Positions 20,536 through 31,171 of a DNA stretch of 64,000 nucleotides are shown in pieces. The DNA comes from an uncultured Methanosarcinaceae archaeon (GTDB taxonomy: Archaea > Halobacteriota > Methanosarcinia > Methanosarcinales > Methanosarcinaceae). The DNA lies in assembly GCA_963847185.1 (NCBI GenBank), contig CAWJYV010000008.1, positions 928,001 through 992,000 on the forward strand, written 5' to 3'. Within the stretch, counting starts at the first letter, position 1, and the number at the start of each line of letters is the position of its first letter. The position numbers and the translations under genes were made by a program. The notes under the pieces were generated by a model that was not told where the DNA came from, made no database searches, and saw only the letters and a list, made by a program, of their open reading frames with translations.

Positions 20536-21753
20536 ATGTATCATCTGAAATGTATCGAATGCGGTGCAGAGTATTCAAAAGATGAAGTAATCTATACCTG
20601 CAGCAAGTGTGACGGGCTGCTTGATGTTATTTACGATTATTCTTCAATTAAACTTGATATGGAAAAACTGAAGACCGAATGTCCCTCGGTCTGGAAGTAC
20701 GCAAAACTTCTTCCTGTAGAAAGGGAGCCTGTAACCATCAGGGAAGGTGGGACTCCTCTTTATAAATGCGACCGGCTTGCCGAAAAAATCGGGATTAAAG
20801 AGCTCTACGTAAAGCACGAAGGTATGAATCCTACCGGTTCTTTCAAAGACAGGGGAATGACTGTAGGAGTTACGAAAGCCCTTGAACTCGGCATGAATAC
20901 CGTTGCCTGTGCATCTACCGGAAATACCTCTGCAGCCCTTGCTATCTATGGAGCAAAAGCCGGAATTCCTGTGATCGTCCTGCTTCCTGCAGGAAAAGTA
21001 GCCCTCGGAAAGGTGGCCCAGGCTCTGATGCATGGAGCAAAAGTTCTCAGCATCCGCGGAAACTTTGATGATGCGCTTGACCTTGTGCGTACTCTCTGTT
21101 CCCAGGAAAAGATCTACCTCCTGAATTCAATTAACCCTTACAGGCTGGAAGGCCAGAAGACTATAGGTTTTGAGATTGCAGACCAGCTTGGCTTTAAGGT
21201 GCCTGACAGGATTGTCCTGCCCGTAGGAAATGCAGGAAACATTACTGCAATTTATAAAGGCTTCAGAGAGTTTAAGAAGCTCGGAATAACGGATTCTCTT
21301 CCAAAAATGACCGGAATCCAGGCGGAAGGCTCCTGCCCTATCGTGAAAGCTATAAAAAGCGGAGCTCCGGCAATCACTCCTGAAGATCACCCTGAAACTG
21401 TTGCAACTGCGATCAGAATTGGAAACCCTGTAAACGCTGTAAAAGCTCTCAATGCAATCAGGGAGTCCGGAGGGACTGCAGAATCCGTAACCGACGAAGA
21501 AATCCTTGCAGCCCAGAAAGACCTGGCAAGGCTTGAAGGCATAGGAGTTGAGCCTGCAAGTGCAGCATCTGTTGCAGGGCTTAAGAAACTTGTTGACATG
21601 GGCGTTATTGGTAAAGATGAAACCGTTGTCTGCATTACCACCGGGCACCTCCTTAAAGATCCCCAGGCTGTTATTGATGTCTGTGAGGAGCCTACTGTTG
21701 TGGATGCGAATATCGAAGCCATCAGGGAAGCCATTTTCGGAAAAGCTAAATAA
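20536..21753 (+). CDS. thrC: threonine synthase
   Basis: NPTGSFKDRG PLP lysine, ASTGNTSA, PVGNAGN, EPASA. Confidence 0.96.
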   Translation: MYHLKCIECGAEYSKDEVIYTCSKCDGLLDVIYDYSSIKLDMEKLKTECPSVWKYAKLLPVEREPVTIREGGTPLYKCDRLAEKIGIKELYVKHEGMNPTGSFKDRGMTVGVTKALELGMNTVACASTGNTSAALAIYGAKAGIPVIVLLPAGKVALGKVAQALMHGAKVLSIRGNFDDALDLVRTLCSQEKIYLLNSINPYRLEGQKTIGFEIADQLGFKVPDRIVLPVGNAGNITAIYKGFREFKKLGITDSLPKMTGIQAEGSCPIVKAIKSGAPAITPEDHPETVATAIRIGNPVNAVKALNAIRESGGTAESVTDEEILAAQKDLARLEGIGVEPASAASVAGLKKLVDMGVIGKDETVVCITTGHLLKDPQAVIDVCEEPTVVDANIEAIREAIFGKAK

Positions 21754-21829
21754 AACCGAAATCAGAAGAAAAATATTTACGTGTCGGAGCCGTAAACAGT
21801 TGAAAGACTTATCTTAAATCACTAAAATT

Positions 21830-21970
21830 AAACAGCTGATACTTGAGTCACTAATAAACTACTTGAGTCATTAATAAACTGATCTCGAGTTAATGATATT
21901 TAAACAACTGATGTCGAGTTAATGATATTTTTACAGCGGATATCGAACTACTGATACTGAAGTATTAATA
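21830..21970. repeat. degenerate 20-29 bp intergenic repeats
   Basis: TACTTGAGTCAYTAATAAAC x2 followed by CTGATNTCGAGTTAATGATATTT x2 and a decayed copy. Confidence 0.7.
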
Positions 21971-22130
21971 ATCTCCAGTTTAATGCTGTCAAAGGTTTCC
22001 GACACTTCAATCAGTTCAGGTTTCTTTAAGTCAGCAATTGGCTTCCTGAAACTTCTTTACTCTTATTATTAAGATCCTTTGAATTGGATTCAGATTCTTT
22101 TATCATACTCATATGTGGGCGTGAACACGA

Positions 22131-25034
22131 ATGGAGCAGGACTATAAACCTCATGAAATTGAAAAGAAATGGCAAAAAAACTGGAATGAAAGCCGAATTT
22201 TCCAGCCTGAGCCCGATAAGCGGGAGAAGTTTTTCATTACAATCCCTTACCCCTACCTGAACGGGAACCTGCACGCAGGACATACCCGGACCTTTACTAT
22301 AGGCGATGTCGTAGCAAGGCACAAAAGAATGCTTGGCTATAACGTGCTCTACCCCATGGGCTTTCACGTAACGGGCACACCTATTGTCGGGCTTGCCGAG
22401 CTGATCGCTAGCAGGGATCCCCAGACAATGGATGTCTATGAACGCCTCCACGGAATCCCGGCCGACATCCTGCCAACCCTCAATACTCCAGAAAAAATTG
22501 TTGACTATTTCAAGGTTGAAGCCGAAAAAGCCATGCGCATGATAGGTTACTCCATTGACTGGAGACGCAAATTCACAACAACGGACCCTACATACAAAAA
22601 ATTCATTTCGTGGCAGTACATCCGCCTTGAGGAAAAAGACTTGATTGTCAAAGGTTCTCACCCTGTAAAATGGTGTCCCAATGACAATAACCCCGTAGAA
22701 GATCACGACATCCTGCACGGGGAAGAAGCCACGATTGTCGAATATACCCTGATCAAGTTCAGGCACAAAGACATAGTTCTCCCCTGTGCAACCCTGAGGC
22801 CGGAAACAACATTCGGAGTTACTAATCTCTGGGTCAATCCCGATGTTGATTATGTAAAGGCAAGAGTTGAAAAAGACGGATACGAGGAATTCTGGGTTGT
22901 CAGCAGGGATGCTTTCAGAAAACTCACATTTACTGACCGCACGGTCGAATATATTGAGGATGTACCTGCAAAATCCATTATAGGCATCAAACTCACAAAC
23001 CCGGTAACCGGAGACGAAATAATTTCCCTTCCTGCGTCCTTCGTCAGGCCTGAAAACGGAAGCGGAATTGTTATGAGCGTGCCTGCACATGCACCCTTTG
23101 ACTACCTGGCTCTCCGGGACCTCTACGATGCTGACCTGAGTGAATACGGAATTTCCGAAGACCTCCGAAATATTCAGCTGATTTCTCTCATCAAGGTGTC
23201 TGAGTTTGGGGAATTCCCTGCAAAAGAAATTGTGGAAAGCATGGGAATAACAAGCCAGAATGACCCTAAAGCCGAGGAAGCCACAAAAATCGTATACAGA
23301 AGAGAATTTCACGGTGGAGTTCTTAAGGAACTTACAGGCAAATACGAAGGATATGCGGTTCCTAAAATTAAGGACATTCTTACCAGAGACTTCATCAGCT
23401 CAAACGCAGGAGAAACCTTCTATGAATTCAGCGAACCCGTGGTTTGCCGCTGCGGAACTCCCTGTGTTGTGAACATGGTAAAAGGCCAGTGGTTCCTTAA
23501 TTACTCTGATCCTGAATGGAAAGCAAAGGTTTACAGATGCCTTAGCCAGATGCGGATCATCCCCGAAGAGTACAGGGTTGAGTTCGAAAACAAGGTCGAC
23601 TGGCTCAAGGATAAAGCCTGTGCCCGCAGAAAAGGTCTTGGAACCCGTCTGCCCTTTGATAAGGAATGGCTGATCGAGTCCCTCGGAGATTCGACAATTT
23701 ACATGTGTTATTACATTATTGCCAAGTTTATCGAGAGAGGCGACATTTCCGAAGAACAGCTTACCCTTTCGTTCTTTGACTATATCCTGTTTGGAAAAGG
23801 CAATTCTGAAACAGTTTTTGCAGAGACTGGTTTGAGTTCCGAAATTCTGGACGAGATTCGCAGTGACTTTAGCTACTGGTATCCTGTTGACCTGCGTTCT
23901 TCAGGAAAAGACCTTGTCCCTAACCACCTGCTTTTCTTCCTCTTCCACCATGTTGCCCTCTTTGAAGAGGAAAAGTGGCCAAGAGCGCTTGCGGTAAACG
24001 GCTTCGTCTCTCTTGAAGGACAGAAGATGAGCAAATCCAAAGGGCCAATCCTTACTCTGGAAAGCGCGGTCAGCAGTTACGGTGCGGACATAACAAGGAT
24101 GTACATCCTCTCCACAGCCGAGCAGACACAGGACGCAGACTGGCAGAAGGCAGGAATCGACTCAGCCAGAAGGCAGATGGACAGGTTCTATTCCTTTGCA
24201 AAGGATGTTATTGAGAGTGGAAAGCGTGCAAATCTCGGCACTGAACTCAAGCAGATTGACCGCTGGATGCTCTCAAGGATGCAGAACTATATCAGGGAGA
24301 CAAATATTTCTCTTGACTTCATCCAGACAAGGGAAGCCATCCAGAATTCTTTCTTCCTGCTCATAAACGATGTAAAATGGTACCAGAGAAGAGGTGGAAA
24401 TGCCCTGCTCTACTACGTGCTGGACAACTGGGTCAGGCTTATGACTCCTTTTACTCCTCATCTCTGTGAGGAAATCTGGGAGGCTATGGGTCACGAAGAT
24501 CCGATCTCTCTTGCCCAGTACCCTCTCTATAACGAAGACCTTATAGACAACAGTGCGGAACTTGCCGAGGAAATGATTAAGGGTACTCTGGAAGATATTG
24601 AAGAGATAATCAGGGTAACAAAGATGACACCGCAGAAAGTCCATCTCTACACAGCCCCTCTCTGGAAAGTTGATGTCGTTAGATGCGCCTGTAGTATGCA
24701 GTCAGAAGCCTCCCTTGAAGTAGGCAGCCTTATTAAAGCTCTGATGGCAGATCCTGCCCTGAAACGCTTTGGAAAAGATATCCCGAAGTTCGTTCAGAAA
24801 ATCATCCCGGAGTTCAAAAGCGGAGGCGCTGAGAAGTATGAAATCTTTGCGGGTACTGGTCTTGATGAACAGACCTTTCTGAGAGAGTCTACCTCTTTCC
24901 TCGAAAAGGAAATTGGTTGCCATGTTGAGATCTACAGCGCAGATTCTCCAGCCTACGACCCTGAGAAAAAGTCCAGGTTTGCAGAACCTCTGAGGCCTGC
25001 AATTTATATTGAACAGGCGAAGAAAGAAGAGTGA
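22131..25034 (+). CDS. leuS: leucine--tRNA ligase (archaeal type)
   Basis: PYPYLNGNLHAGH (HIGH), ATLRPET, KMSKS, GKDLVPNHL. Confidence 0.97.
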   Translation: MEQDYKPHEIEKKWQKNWNESRIFQPEPDKREKFFITIPYPYLNGNLHAGHTRTFTIGDVVARHKRMLGYNVLYPMGFHVTGTPIVGLAELIASRDPQTMDVYERLHGIPADILPTLNTPEKIVDYFKVEAEKAMRMIGYSIDWRRKFTTTDPTYKKFISWQYIRLEEKDLIVKGSHPVKWCPNDNNPVEDHDILHGEEATIVEYTLIKFRHKDIVLPCATLRPETTFGVTNLWVNPDVDYVKARVEKDGYEEFWVVSRDAFRKLTFTDRTVEYIEDVPAKSIIGIKLTNPVTGDEIISLPASFVRPENGSGIVMSVPAHAPFDYLALRDLYDADLSEYGISEDLRNIQLISLIKVSEFGEFPAKEIVESMGITSQNDPKAEEATKIVYRREFHGGVLKELTGKYEGYAVPKIKDILTRDFISSNAGETFYEFSEPVVCRCGTPCVVNMVKGQWFLNYSDPEWKAKVYRCLSQMRIIPEEYRVEFENKVDWLKDKACARRKGLGTRLPFDKEWLIESLGDSTIYMCYYIIAKFIERGDISEEQLTLSFFDYILFGKGNSETVFAETGLSSEILDEIRSDFSYWYPVDLRSSGKDLVPNHLLFFLFHHVALFEEEKWPRALAVNGFVSLEGQKMSKSKGPILTLESAVSSYGADITRMYILSTAEQTQDADWQKAGIDSARRQMDRFYSFAKDVIESGKRANLGTELKQIDRWMLSRMQNYIRETNISLDFIQTREAIQNSFFLLINDVKWYQRRGGNALLYYVLDNWVRLMTPFTPHLCEEIWEAMGHEDPISLAQYPLYNEDLIDNSAELAEEMIKGTLEDIEEIIRVTKMTPQKVHLYTAPLWKVDVVRCACSMQSEASLEVGSLIKALMADPALKRFGKDIPKFVQKIIPEFKSGGAEKYEIFAGTGLDEQTFLRESTSFLEKEIGCHVEIYSADSPAYDPEKKSRFAEPLRPAIYIEQAKKEE

Positions 25035-25127
25035 GTGTGGAACAAATAGTGAGTGAAAAGTCATAAAGAGTCAATTAAATGAATAAACAACTAACGAGAT
25101 TAAAAGAAGCTGTTGCGGCTTCTTGAC

Positions 25128-25228
25128 TTTTTAGTTTTTGTCTATCTTTTAGTTTTTGTCTATCTTTTAGTTTTTGTCTATCTTTTAGTTTTTGTCTATC
25201 TTTTAGTTTTTGTCTATCTTTTAGTTTC
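25128..25228. repeat. 18-bp intergenic tandem repeat (~5 copies)
   Basis: TTTTAGTTTTTGTCTATC units. Confidence 0.92.
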
Positions 25229-25438
25229 ACTTCTTTTTCTTTCATATAATTTTTACAGCCCCCTCGTTTTGCAATTACTGATTTTTTTTCTTACTGTGTT
25301 ATTTTTCTGTTTCCGTTTCTGCATCTCCTTTTTCACTTCTATATTTCACATTAGGTCAACATCTCGCTCAGACAATCGGCAGATTTTATAACTGGGAAAA
25401 TTATATGTATAATTTAGGAAGTAGGGAAGGAGAAAAAA

Positions 25439-26077
25439 TTGATACTCGAAAGTCTCGGATTTTTCATCTATGCATTCACCTCTATCTTTGTGATCGTCGA
25501 CCCTGTAAGTGGGGCAGTGTCTTTCATTTCCCTTACAAGCGGGATGACATGTGAGGAAAAAAACAGAATAGCAAAAAAAGCAGTCTCACTGGCATGTTTC
25601 ATTGCTCTTTCTTTTGCAATCACAGGAAGCTTGATACTTGACCTGTTCAACATTAGTGTTGACGCACTACGGATTGTAGGAGGACTCCTGCTTTTCACCA
25701 TTGCTTTTGATATGATGCATGCTAAGGTTTCAAGGGAAAGTATTACCGCAGAAGAGATTTCTCAATCCCAGGAACGTGATGACATCTGGATCTTTCCTAT
25801 AGGTCTCCCGCTTCTGACAGGCCCTGGTACTATCAGTACGGCAATTGTCCTTATGGGGGGAACAGAAAACTTCGTTCAAAAAATAATGGTTCTTATAGCA
25901 ATTATACTGACATTCGTTATTGGTCTATATATCTTCCTTTTCTCAAGAAGGATTCACAAATTTATCGGATATAACGGAATGCTTGTCTTCACAAGACTAA
26001 TGGGACTTTTACTTGGGGCTATTGCAGTAGACCTGGCGGCTACAGGTATTATAAATATATTCAAGTTGGGAAATTGA
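25439..26077 (+). CDS. MarC family membrane protein
   Basis: IVDP, GGLLLF, FPIGLPLLTGPGTI, RLMGLLL motifs. Confidence 0.92.
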   Translation: MILESLGFFIYAFTSIFVIVDPVSGAVSFISLTSGMTCEEKNRIAKKAVSLACFIALSFAITGSLILDLFNISVDALRIVGGLLLFTIAFDMMHAKVSRESITAEEISQSQERDDIWIFPIGLPLLTGPGTISTAIVLMGGTENFVQKIMVLIAIILTFVIGLYIFLFSRRIHKFIGYNGMLVFTRLMGLLLGAIAVDLAATGIINIFKLGN

Positions 26078-26170
26078 AACCGTCATGCTACAGGCATTAT
26101 AAATATATTCAATTTGGGAAATCGAAACATCATTCTGGATATATTGAAACAATCATTCTGGATATATTGG
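26039..26170. repeat. duplication of the marC 3' end plus a short direct repeat
   Basis: GCTACAGGYATTATAAATATATTCAAKTTGGGAAATYGAAAC x2; ATCATTCTGGATATATTG x2. Confidence 0.85.
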
Positions 26171-26675
26171 AACTAAAACTAAGTGTTGAAATGGATGGTT
26201 AACTGAATAAGGAAATATTCATAAGAATCCTAAAAGCCTGCTTTTGACACATAGTTCTTTTTCTCTCATTTATTTTTTTCTTACTACTTTTATAACTTTT
26301 TTGCTGCTTAATCTGAACAGGCTTCGTATCATATTTAAACATAATTTTCGTGATTTATCTTCTTTTAAGGAATTATACAGGTTGCTGTTTCTAGTTTAGT
26401 TTCATGAGTAACTGAAACTCGTTTTCTGAATCCATGAGAATTAGATTAATCCTATATTCTTAAACCATGTCCAAATGTAAAATTTCACTTATTTTTTCCC
26501 AATACCTTTTGGAGGTGAAATTACTTTAAATATCCATTTATGGAGCTATCGACGGTATTTTAGTGGATTTTTATAAGAAATGGAGGGTTAATAGCAGGTG
26601 AGATATCTTCCTTAGATATATTATTCCTTAGTCTAGATTTTTTATCGCAATTTGCTGATTTTCATTCTTTGTTTT

Positions 26676-26744
26676 TAGTTTCACACGTAACTATTATATA
26701 TCTTATGAAACGATTAGGCGTTTAATCGGTTTCATATGTAACTA
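26676..26744. promoter_or_regulatory. two imperfect palindromes, putative MarR operators, flanking a TATA-like element
   Basis: TAGTTTCACACGTAACTA and CGGTTTCATATGTAACTA; third copy TAGTTTCATGAGTAACTG at 26397-26414. Confidence 0.6.
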
Positions 26745-26806
26745 TTACTTTAATAGATTATATTTCAATACAAGTTACCTGATTCATAAAAAATGAAGGA
26801 TGGAAT

Positions 26807-27271
26807 ATGGAAGATCCAAAAATGTTACTGGGCCCTATTGCCCACATCTACCGGAGCCATCTGGCATACATGGCAAAGGAACTCGAAGCTTACGGAGTCG
26901 GAAGCGGACAGTTTGAGTTTTTGCTCTTTTTATACCACAAAGATGGTGTTTCCCAGGAAACCCTTGCAAAAGTCCTGAAAGTGAGCAAAGCAACAAGTGC
27001 CAGAGCGATCCAGAATCTGGAAAAAGAAGGTTATGTTTACAGACAAAGGGACGAAAATGACCTTCGAGCTTACAGGGTTTACCTGACTGAAAAAGGGAAG
27101 GAAATGAGAGATATAATTTTTAACAAATTGACTTCTTTTATAAACATTCTCTTTTCGGATTTTACCCCGGAAGAAAAAGAAATTTTCAGGCTACTCATCC
27201 ATAAAGCTTCTATTAAACTTTTTGAGCCCGGCTTTGAGCCTCCGTCTGACAGGCCAGATGACATGAAGTAA
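26807..27271 (+). CDS. MarR family transcriptional regulator
   Basis: QFEFL, SQETLA, LEKEGYV.R..DENDLR...LTEKG. Confidence 0.93.
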   Translation: MEDPKMLLGPIAHIYRSHLAYMAKELEAYGVGSGQFEFLLFLYHKDGVSQETLAKVLKVSKATSARAIQNLEKEGYVYRQRDENDLRAYRVYLTEKGKEMRDIIFNKLTSFINILFSDFTPEEKEIFRLLIHKASIKLFEPGFEPPSDRPDDMK

Positions 27272-27274
27272 AAA

Positions 27275-28699
27275 ATGAAAGAGACGAAAAACATGGATGA
27301 AAAAAGTGAGTTTCTTGGTAAAGATGATATAAAGAAGCTCCTGTTTAAGCTTTCAACTCCTGTGATCATCGGAATGCTGGTACAGGCTCTTTATAATGTT
27401 GTGGACACCTTTTTCGTGGGACTGGCGTATGGAGCAGATAGTGTCCAGGCCATAGGCGGGCTTTCGATAGCTTTTCCAGTCCAGATGATAATAATGGCCT
27501 TTGGAATTGTTCTCGGGACAGGAGGCTCTTCCATAATCTCACGTGCCCTTGGAGCACGAGAGTATAATAAAGCGGAAAGAGTCCTTGGAAATGTTTTTTC
27601 CCTGAGCTTAATTTTAAGTGTGCTTATAGCTATCCCCTGCCTTCTCTATCTTGACCCGATTTTGAAGATTTTCGGAGCAACTGCCGGAGTCCTGCCATAT
27701 GCCAGAGATTATCTTAAATATATAATTTTAGGAGGGATTTTTTTTGTCTTTGGAGTGGCTGTTCAGAATATTGTAAGATCTGAAGGAAATGCCCGCCTTG
27801 CAATGAATGCTATGCTTGTAGGAGGCGGCCTCAATATACTACTTGATCCCTTTTTCATGTTTGGTTTCGGGATGGGTGTTGAGGGTGCTGCAATCGCAAC
27901 CGTACTGTCACAAGCTGTAGCTTCTGTCTGGCTCCTGCTATATTATCTTAAAGGAAAAGGGACTGTTCATTTCAGGTCAGAAACCTTGAAACCGGATCCT
28001 GAAATCATTAAGGAAATAGGGGTTATCGGTACCGGATCTTTTGTAATGGAATGCTCGAGCAGTATCATGATGATTTTCGTGTACAATGCACTTGCAGTTT
28101 ATGGGGGAGATGTTGCAATTGCCGTTTTTGGCGTAGTAATGAAGATCAATTCTTTCATTTTCCTGCCTCTCCTGGGTATGGGTTTTGGCCTGCAGCCGAT
28201 TGTCGGATTTAACTACGGAGCAAAGAGGTATGGAAGGATAGCCGAAGCTGTAAAATTGTCTCTAGTAGCGGCAACAACCTTTGGACTTCTTGGCTTGCTT
28301 ATTATTTACCTTTTCAAAGAACAAATTCTGGGATTATTCAGTACAGATCCGAATTATCTGGCAGTTGGAGAAAACGCTGTGATGATTATGGTTCTGGGAA
28401 CGCCTTTGATAGGTTTGAATGTAGTCACATCAATCTTGTTCCAGGCCTTAGGAAAAGCCAAACCCGCTTTCCTTCTTTCTATTAGCCGGCAGCTTCTCTT
28501 CCTGATCCCTGCTGTCGTCTTCCTTCCCCGTTTATACGAACTGGATGGTGTCTGGGCAGCTTTTCCGGTATCGGATTTACTGGCATTCATGCTTTCCGGA
28601 TTTTTGCTTTTCAGGGTACACAGGATATTCAAAGAACATAAAGATTCTTCGAAGGTAGGTGCAGGATCAGAAATTACAGATAAGATAACTCACATATGA
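27275..28699 (+). CDS. MATE family efflux transporter
   Basis: YNVVDTFFVG, NILLDPFF, GAAIAT, GFNYGA; about 12 TM segments. Confidence 0.94.
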   Translation: MKETKNMDEKSEFLGKDDIKKLLFKLSTPVIIGMLVQALYNVVDTFFVGLAYGADSVQAIGGLSIAFPVQMIIMAFGIVLGTGGSSIISRALGAREYNKAERVLGNVFSLSLILSVLIAIPCLLYLDPILKIFGATAGVLPYARDYLKYIILGGIFFVFGVAVQNIVRSEGNARLAMNAMLVGGGLNILLDPFFMFGFGMGVEGAAIATVLSQAVASVWLLLYYLKGKGTVHFRSETLKPDPEIIKEIGVIGTGSFVMECSSSIMMIFVYNALAVYGGDVAIAVFGVVMKINSFIFLPLLGMGFGLQPIVGFNYGAKRYGRIAEAVKLSLVAATTFGLLGLLIIYLFKEQILGLFSTDPNYLAVGENAVMIMVLGTPLIGLNVVTSILFQALGKAKPAFLLSISRQLLFLIPAVVFLPRLYELDGVWAAFPVSDLLAFMLSGFLLFRVHRIFKEHKDSSKVGAGSEITDKITHI

Positions 28700-28819
28700 T
28701 AGTTTATAATAGAGTATTCAGATCATTCAATGGAAAAAATGGAAGTTATGGGCAGAAAGAATTGAATCCCATTTCCTTAAAAATTCAAATAATTGGCGAT
28801 TAACTCTTAGAGGCTATGT

Positions 28820-29770
28820 ATGACACTCACTGAAATAATAGAATCTTTTAAAGTGAGATTGAATCCCTCAAAAATTATGAACTCGCTCGAAAAAGCAGCG
28901 AGTTTCTCAGAGGGATCAGAGAATGATTCGGGGGGAAATAATTCAGGAGAGGATCTAAAAAATAATCCATACAGCAACTTGGGAAGTGACTCTGTTAAGG
29001 CAGTAATGATCTCTCAAAACAATGAAGAACCTCTAATTAAACTTATTAATGTCTGGAAAATTTACCAGATGGGGGAGGTCGAATTTGCAGCCCTTAAGGG
29101 AATAAACCTGGAAATCTACGAAGGGGAGTTTCTTATCATTCTCGGGCCCAGCGGAAGCGGGAAAAGTACACTTATGAACCTTTTGGGTTGCCTGGATATT
29201 CCATCAGAAGGCACTGTCTACCTGAACTCAAAAGATATCTCAAAACTCGACGAATCGGAACTGGCCATTATAAGAGGACAGATGATCGGCTTCATATTCC
29301 AGAGCTTCAACCTTATTCCCACTCTCAGTACGGAGGAAAACGTACTTTTACCCATGGAATTCCAGGAAGAGGATAGACAAATAGCCCGAAAAAAAGCAGC
29401 GTACCTGCTTGAGATTGTCGGACTTTCAAACAAGAAACATAACCTTCCATCTCAGCTCTCAGGCGGACAGAAGCAAAGAGTTGCAATAGCCCGTTCTCTT
29501 GCTGTGAACCCGCCTATAATCCTGGCAGATGAGCCCACAGGAAACCTGGATACAAAGACCGGGAATTACATCCTGGAATTTCTGGATGGGTTGCACGAAA
29601 GAGAAGGAAAGACCATCATCATTGTAACGCATGACCTTGAACTTGTAAAGTATGCAACAAGAGTTGTGTATATCAGGGACGGCGAAATTGAAAAAATAGA
29701 AATACGTACGAAAAGCGAATCAAGTACGAAAAGCGAACCAAGTACGAAAAGCGAGCCAAATCCGAATTGA
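28820..29770 (+). CDS. ABC transporter ATP-binding protein (LolD/MacB-type)
   Basis: [25 protein letters not shown]; start uncertain because of a low-complexity N-terminus. Confidence 0.93.
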   Translation: MTLTEIIESFKVRLNPSKIMNSLEKAASFSEGSENDSGGNNSGEDLKNNPYSNLGSDSVKAVMISQNNEEPLIKLINVWKIYQMGEVEFAALKGINLEIYEGEFLIILGPSGSGKSTLMNLLGCLDIPSEGTVYLNSKDISKLDESELAIIRGQMIGFIFQSFNLIPTLSTEENVLLPMEFQEEDRQIARKKAAYLLEIVGLSNKKHNLPSQLSGGQKQRVAIARSLAVNPPIILADEPTGNLDTKTGNYILEFLDGLHEREGKTIIIVTHDLELVKYATRVVYIRDGEIEKIEIRTKSESSTKSEPSTKSEPNPN

Positions 29771-29779
29771 GGAATTAAA

Positions 29780-31102
29780 ATGAAAAAATTCTCTTTACTA
29801 ACACCCTTACTATTATTACTACTATTTTCAGCATCCGTATTCCTGTTTACAGATACATCACTAGGTGCATCAAATGGGAACATAAATTCTGCATATGTAC
29901 AGGTAAATCTAACCAATCAAAACCCTGATTATGCCCGTCCCGGAGAACCTGTTGAACTCACTGTCAGTATTCAAAATGTAGGAAATGCTGACTTAAAAGA
30001 TATAGCAGTCTCAGTTAATTCGGAATATCCTTTCACTAAGGTTTCTGGAGAAAGTCTTGTAAAAGAAGTTTCTTATCTGAATGCAAGACAGGACGACGAT
30101 GATGCAGCGGTCCTCAAATTCAAACTCATGACAGATGCTAACGCATCTGCAGGAACCTATGATATAGACATCACAACCACTGCAAAAGAAAGTGGGGACT
30201 CATCAAATACAATTACTACTACAAAAACGATTCAGCTCGAAGTAAAGGGCAAAGAATACGCTCAGGTCGTGACTATAAGCAAAGCGAATATTGATATTGC
30301 AAAAGAAGAGCCTCTGGAGTTTATCATAACGAATACCGGAACTTCCCCTATCAAAAATATGGTAATCTCCTGGAAAGATCCAAAAGGTGTAATTCTACCT
30401 GTGTACTCTGACAACACAAAGTACATCAAATATCTGGAAGCCGGAGACTCCGCGACCGTATCTTACTCTGTCATGGCAGACGTGAATGCAGACCCCGGGC
30501 TATATACGCTAAATGTCTATCTCAGTTATGAAGACTATGAATCCAATGAACAAAGTATCAATACCACAGCAGGAATGTTTGTTGGTGGAGAGACTGATTT
30601 TGATGTTTCCTTCTCGGAAAGTGATGCTGGAGAAATATCTCTTTCCGTTGCAAATGTGGGTAACAACATTGCATACTCAGTGAAAGTATCGGTTCCTGAT
30701 CAGGACGGGTATAAGGTATCAGGAAGCTCGTCAACAATTGTAGGAAATCTCGAGAAAGGAGACTATACAATCGCTTCCTTTAACGTTGCAAGCACAGAGA
30801 ATGCTGCAGGAATTGAGGGGGAAAGTGCAGGAAAAAATATGACTTCTGGCTCCACGGAGTCCGATCCTCTAAAAGTCCGGATTGAGTACACGGATGCAAA
30901 AGGAGAGAGAATAACGGTTGATAAGGAAGTAAAACTCGAAATGACTTCCACTGGAAATACGACTACAGGTTCGGGAGGCCAAAATAGAAGCAGTGGTTTT
31001 GGTTCATACTTGCTCTACATTGTGATAATAGCGCTTGCAGGGGGAGTATTTGTCTATCGAAGTAAAATTCAGGAAAAATTGAAGGCAAGAAGAGATAAAT
31101 AA
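29780..31102 (+). CDS. COG1361 S-layer-domain protein associated with the ABC transporter
   Basis: signal peptide, QNPDYARPGE and Ig-like repeats, C-terminal TM; lies between ATPase and permease. Confidence 0.85.
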   Translation: MKKFSLLTPLLLLLLFSASVFLFTDTSLGASNGNINSAYVQVNLTNQNPDYARPGEPVELTVSIQNVGNADLKDIAVSVNSEYPFTKVSGESLVKEVSYLNARQDDDDAAVLKFKLMTDANASAGTYDIDITTTAKESGDSSNTITTTKTIQLEVKGKEYAQVVTISKANIDIAKEEPLEFIITNTGTSPIKNMVISWKDPKGVILPVYSDNTKYIKYLEAGDSATVSYSVMADVNADPGLYTLNVYLSYEDYESNEQSINTTAGMFVGGETDFDVSFSESDAGEISLSVANVGNNIAYSVKVSVPDQDGYKVSGSSSTIVGNLEKGDYTIASFNVASTENAAGIEGESAGKNMTSGSTESDPLKVRIEYTDAKGERITVDKEVKLEMTSTGNTTTGSGGQNRSSGFGSYLLYIVIIALAGGVFVYRSKIQEKLKARRDK

Positions 31103-31171
31103 TCCGGAAATAAAAAACCTGAAAGCCAGAACGCCTGAAAAATAGCATCATTAGTAAATGGAGGACGTAGG

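Noticed and set aside
22026-23312. 428-aa ORF antisense to leuS
   Set aside because: Lies almost wholly opposite an essential gene and has no recognisable motifs; best explained as a shadow ORF from codon bias
25113-25391. 92-aa ORF with LVFVYL repeats
   Set aside because: Translation of the 18-bp minisatellite
29700-29760. 18-bp repeat (STKSEP) at the end of the ABC ATPase
   Set aside because: Real, but a short low-complexity tail with no sign of function
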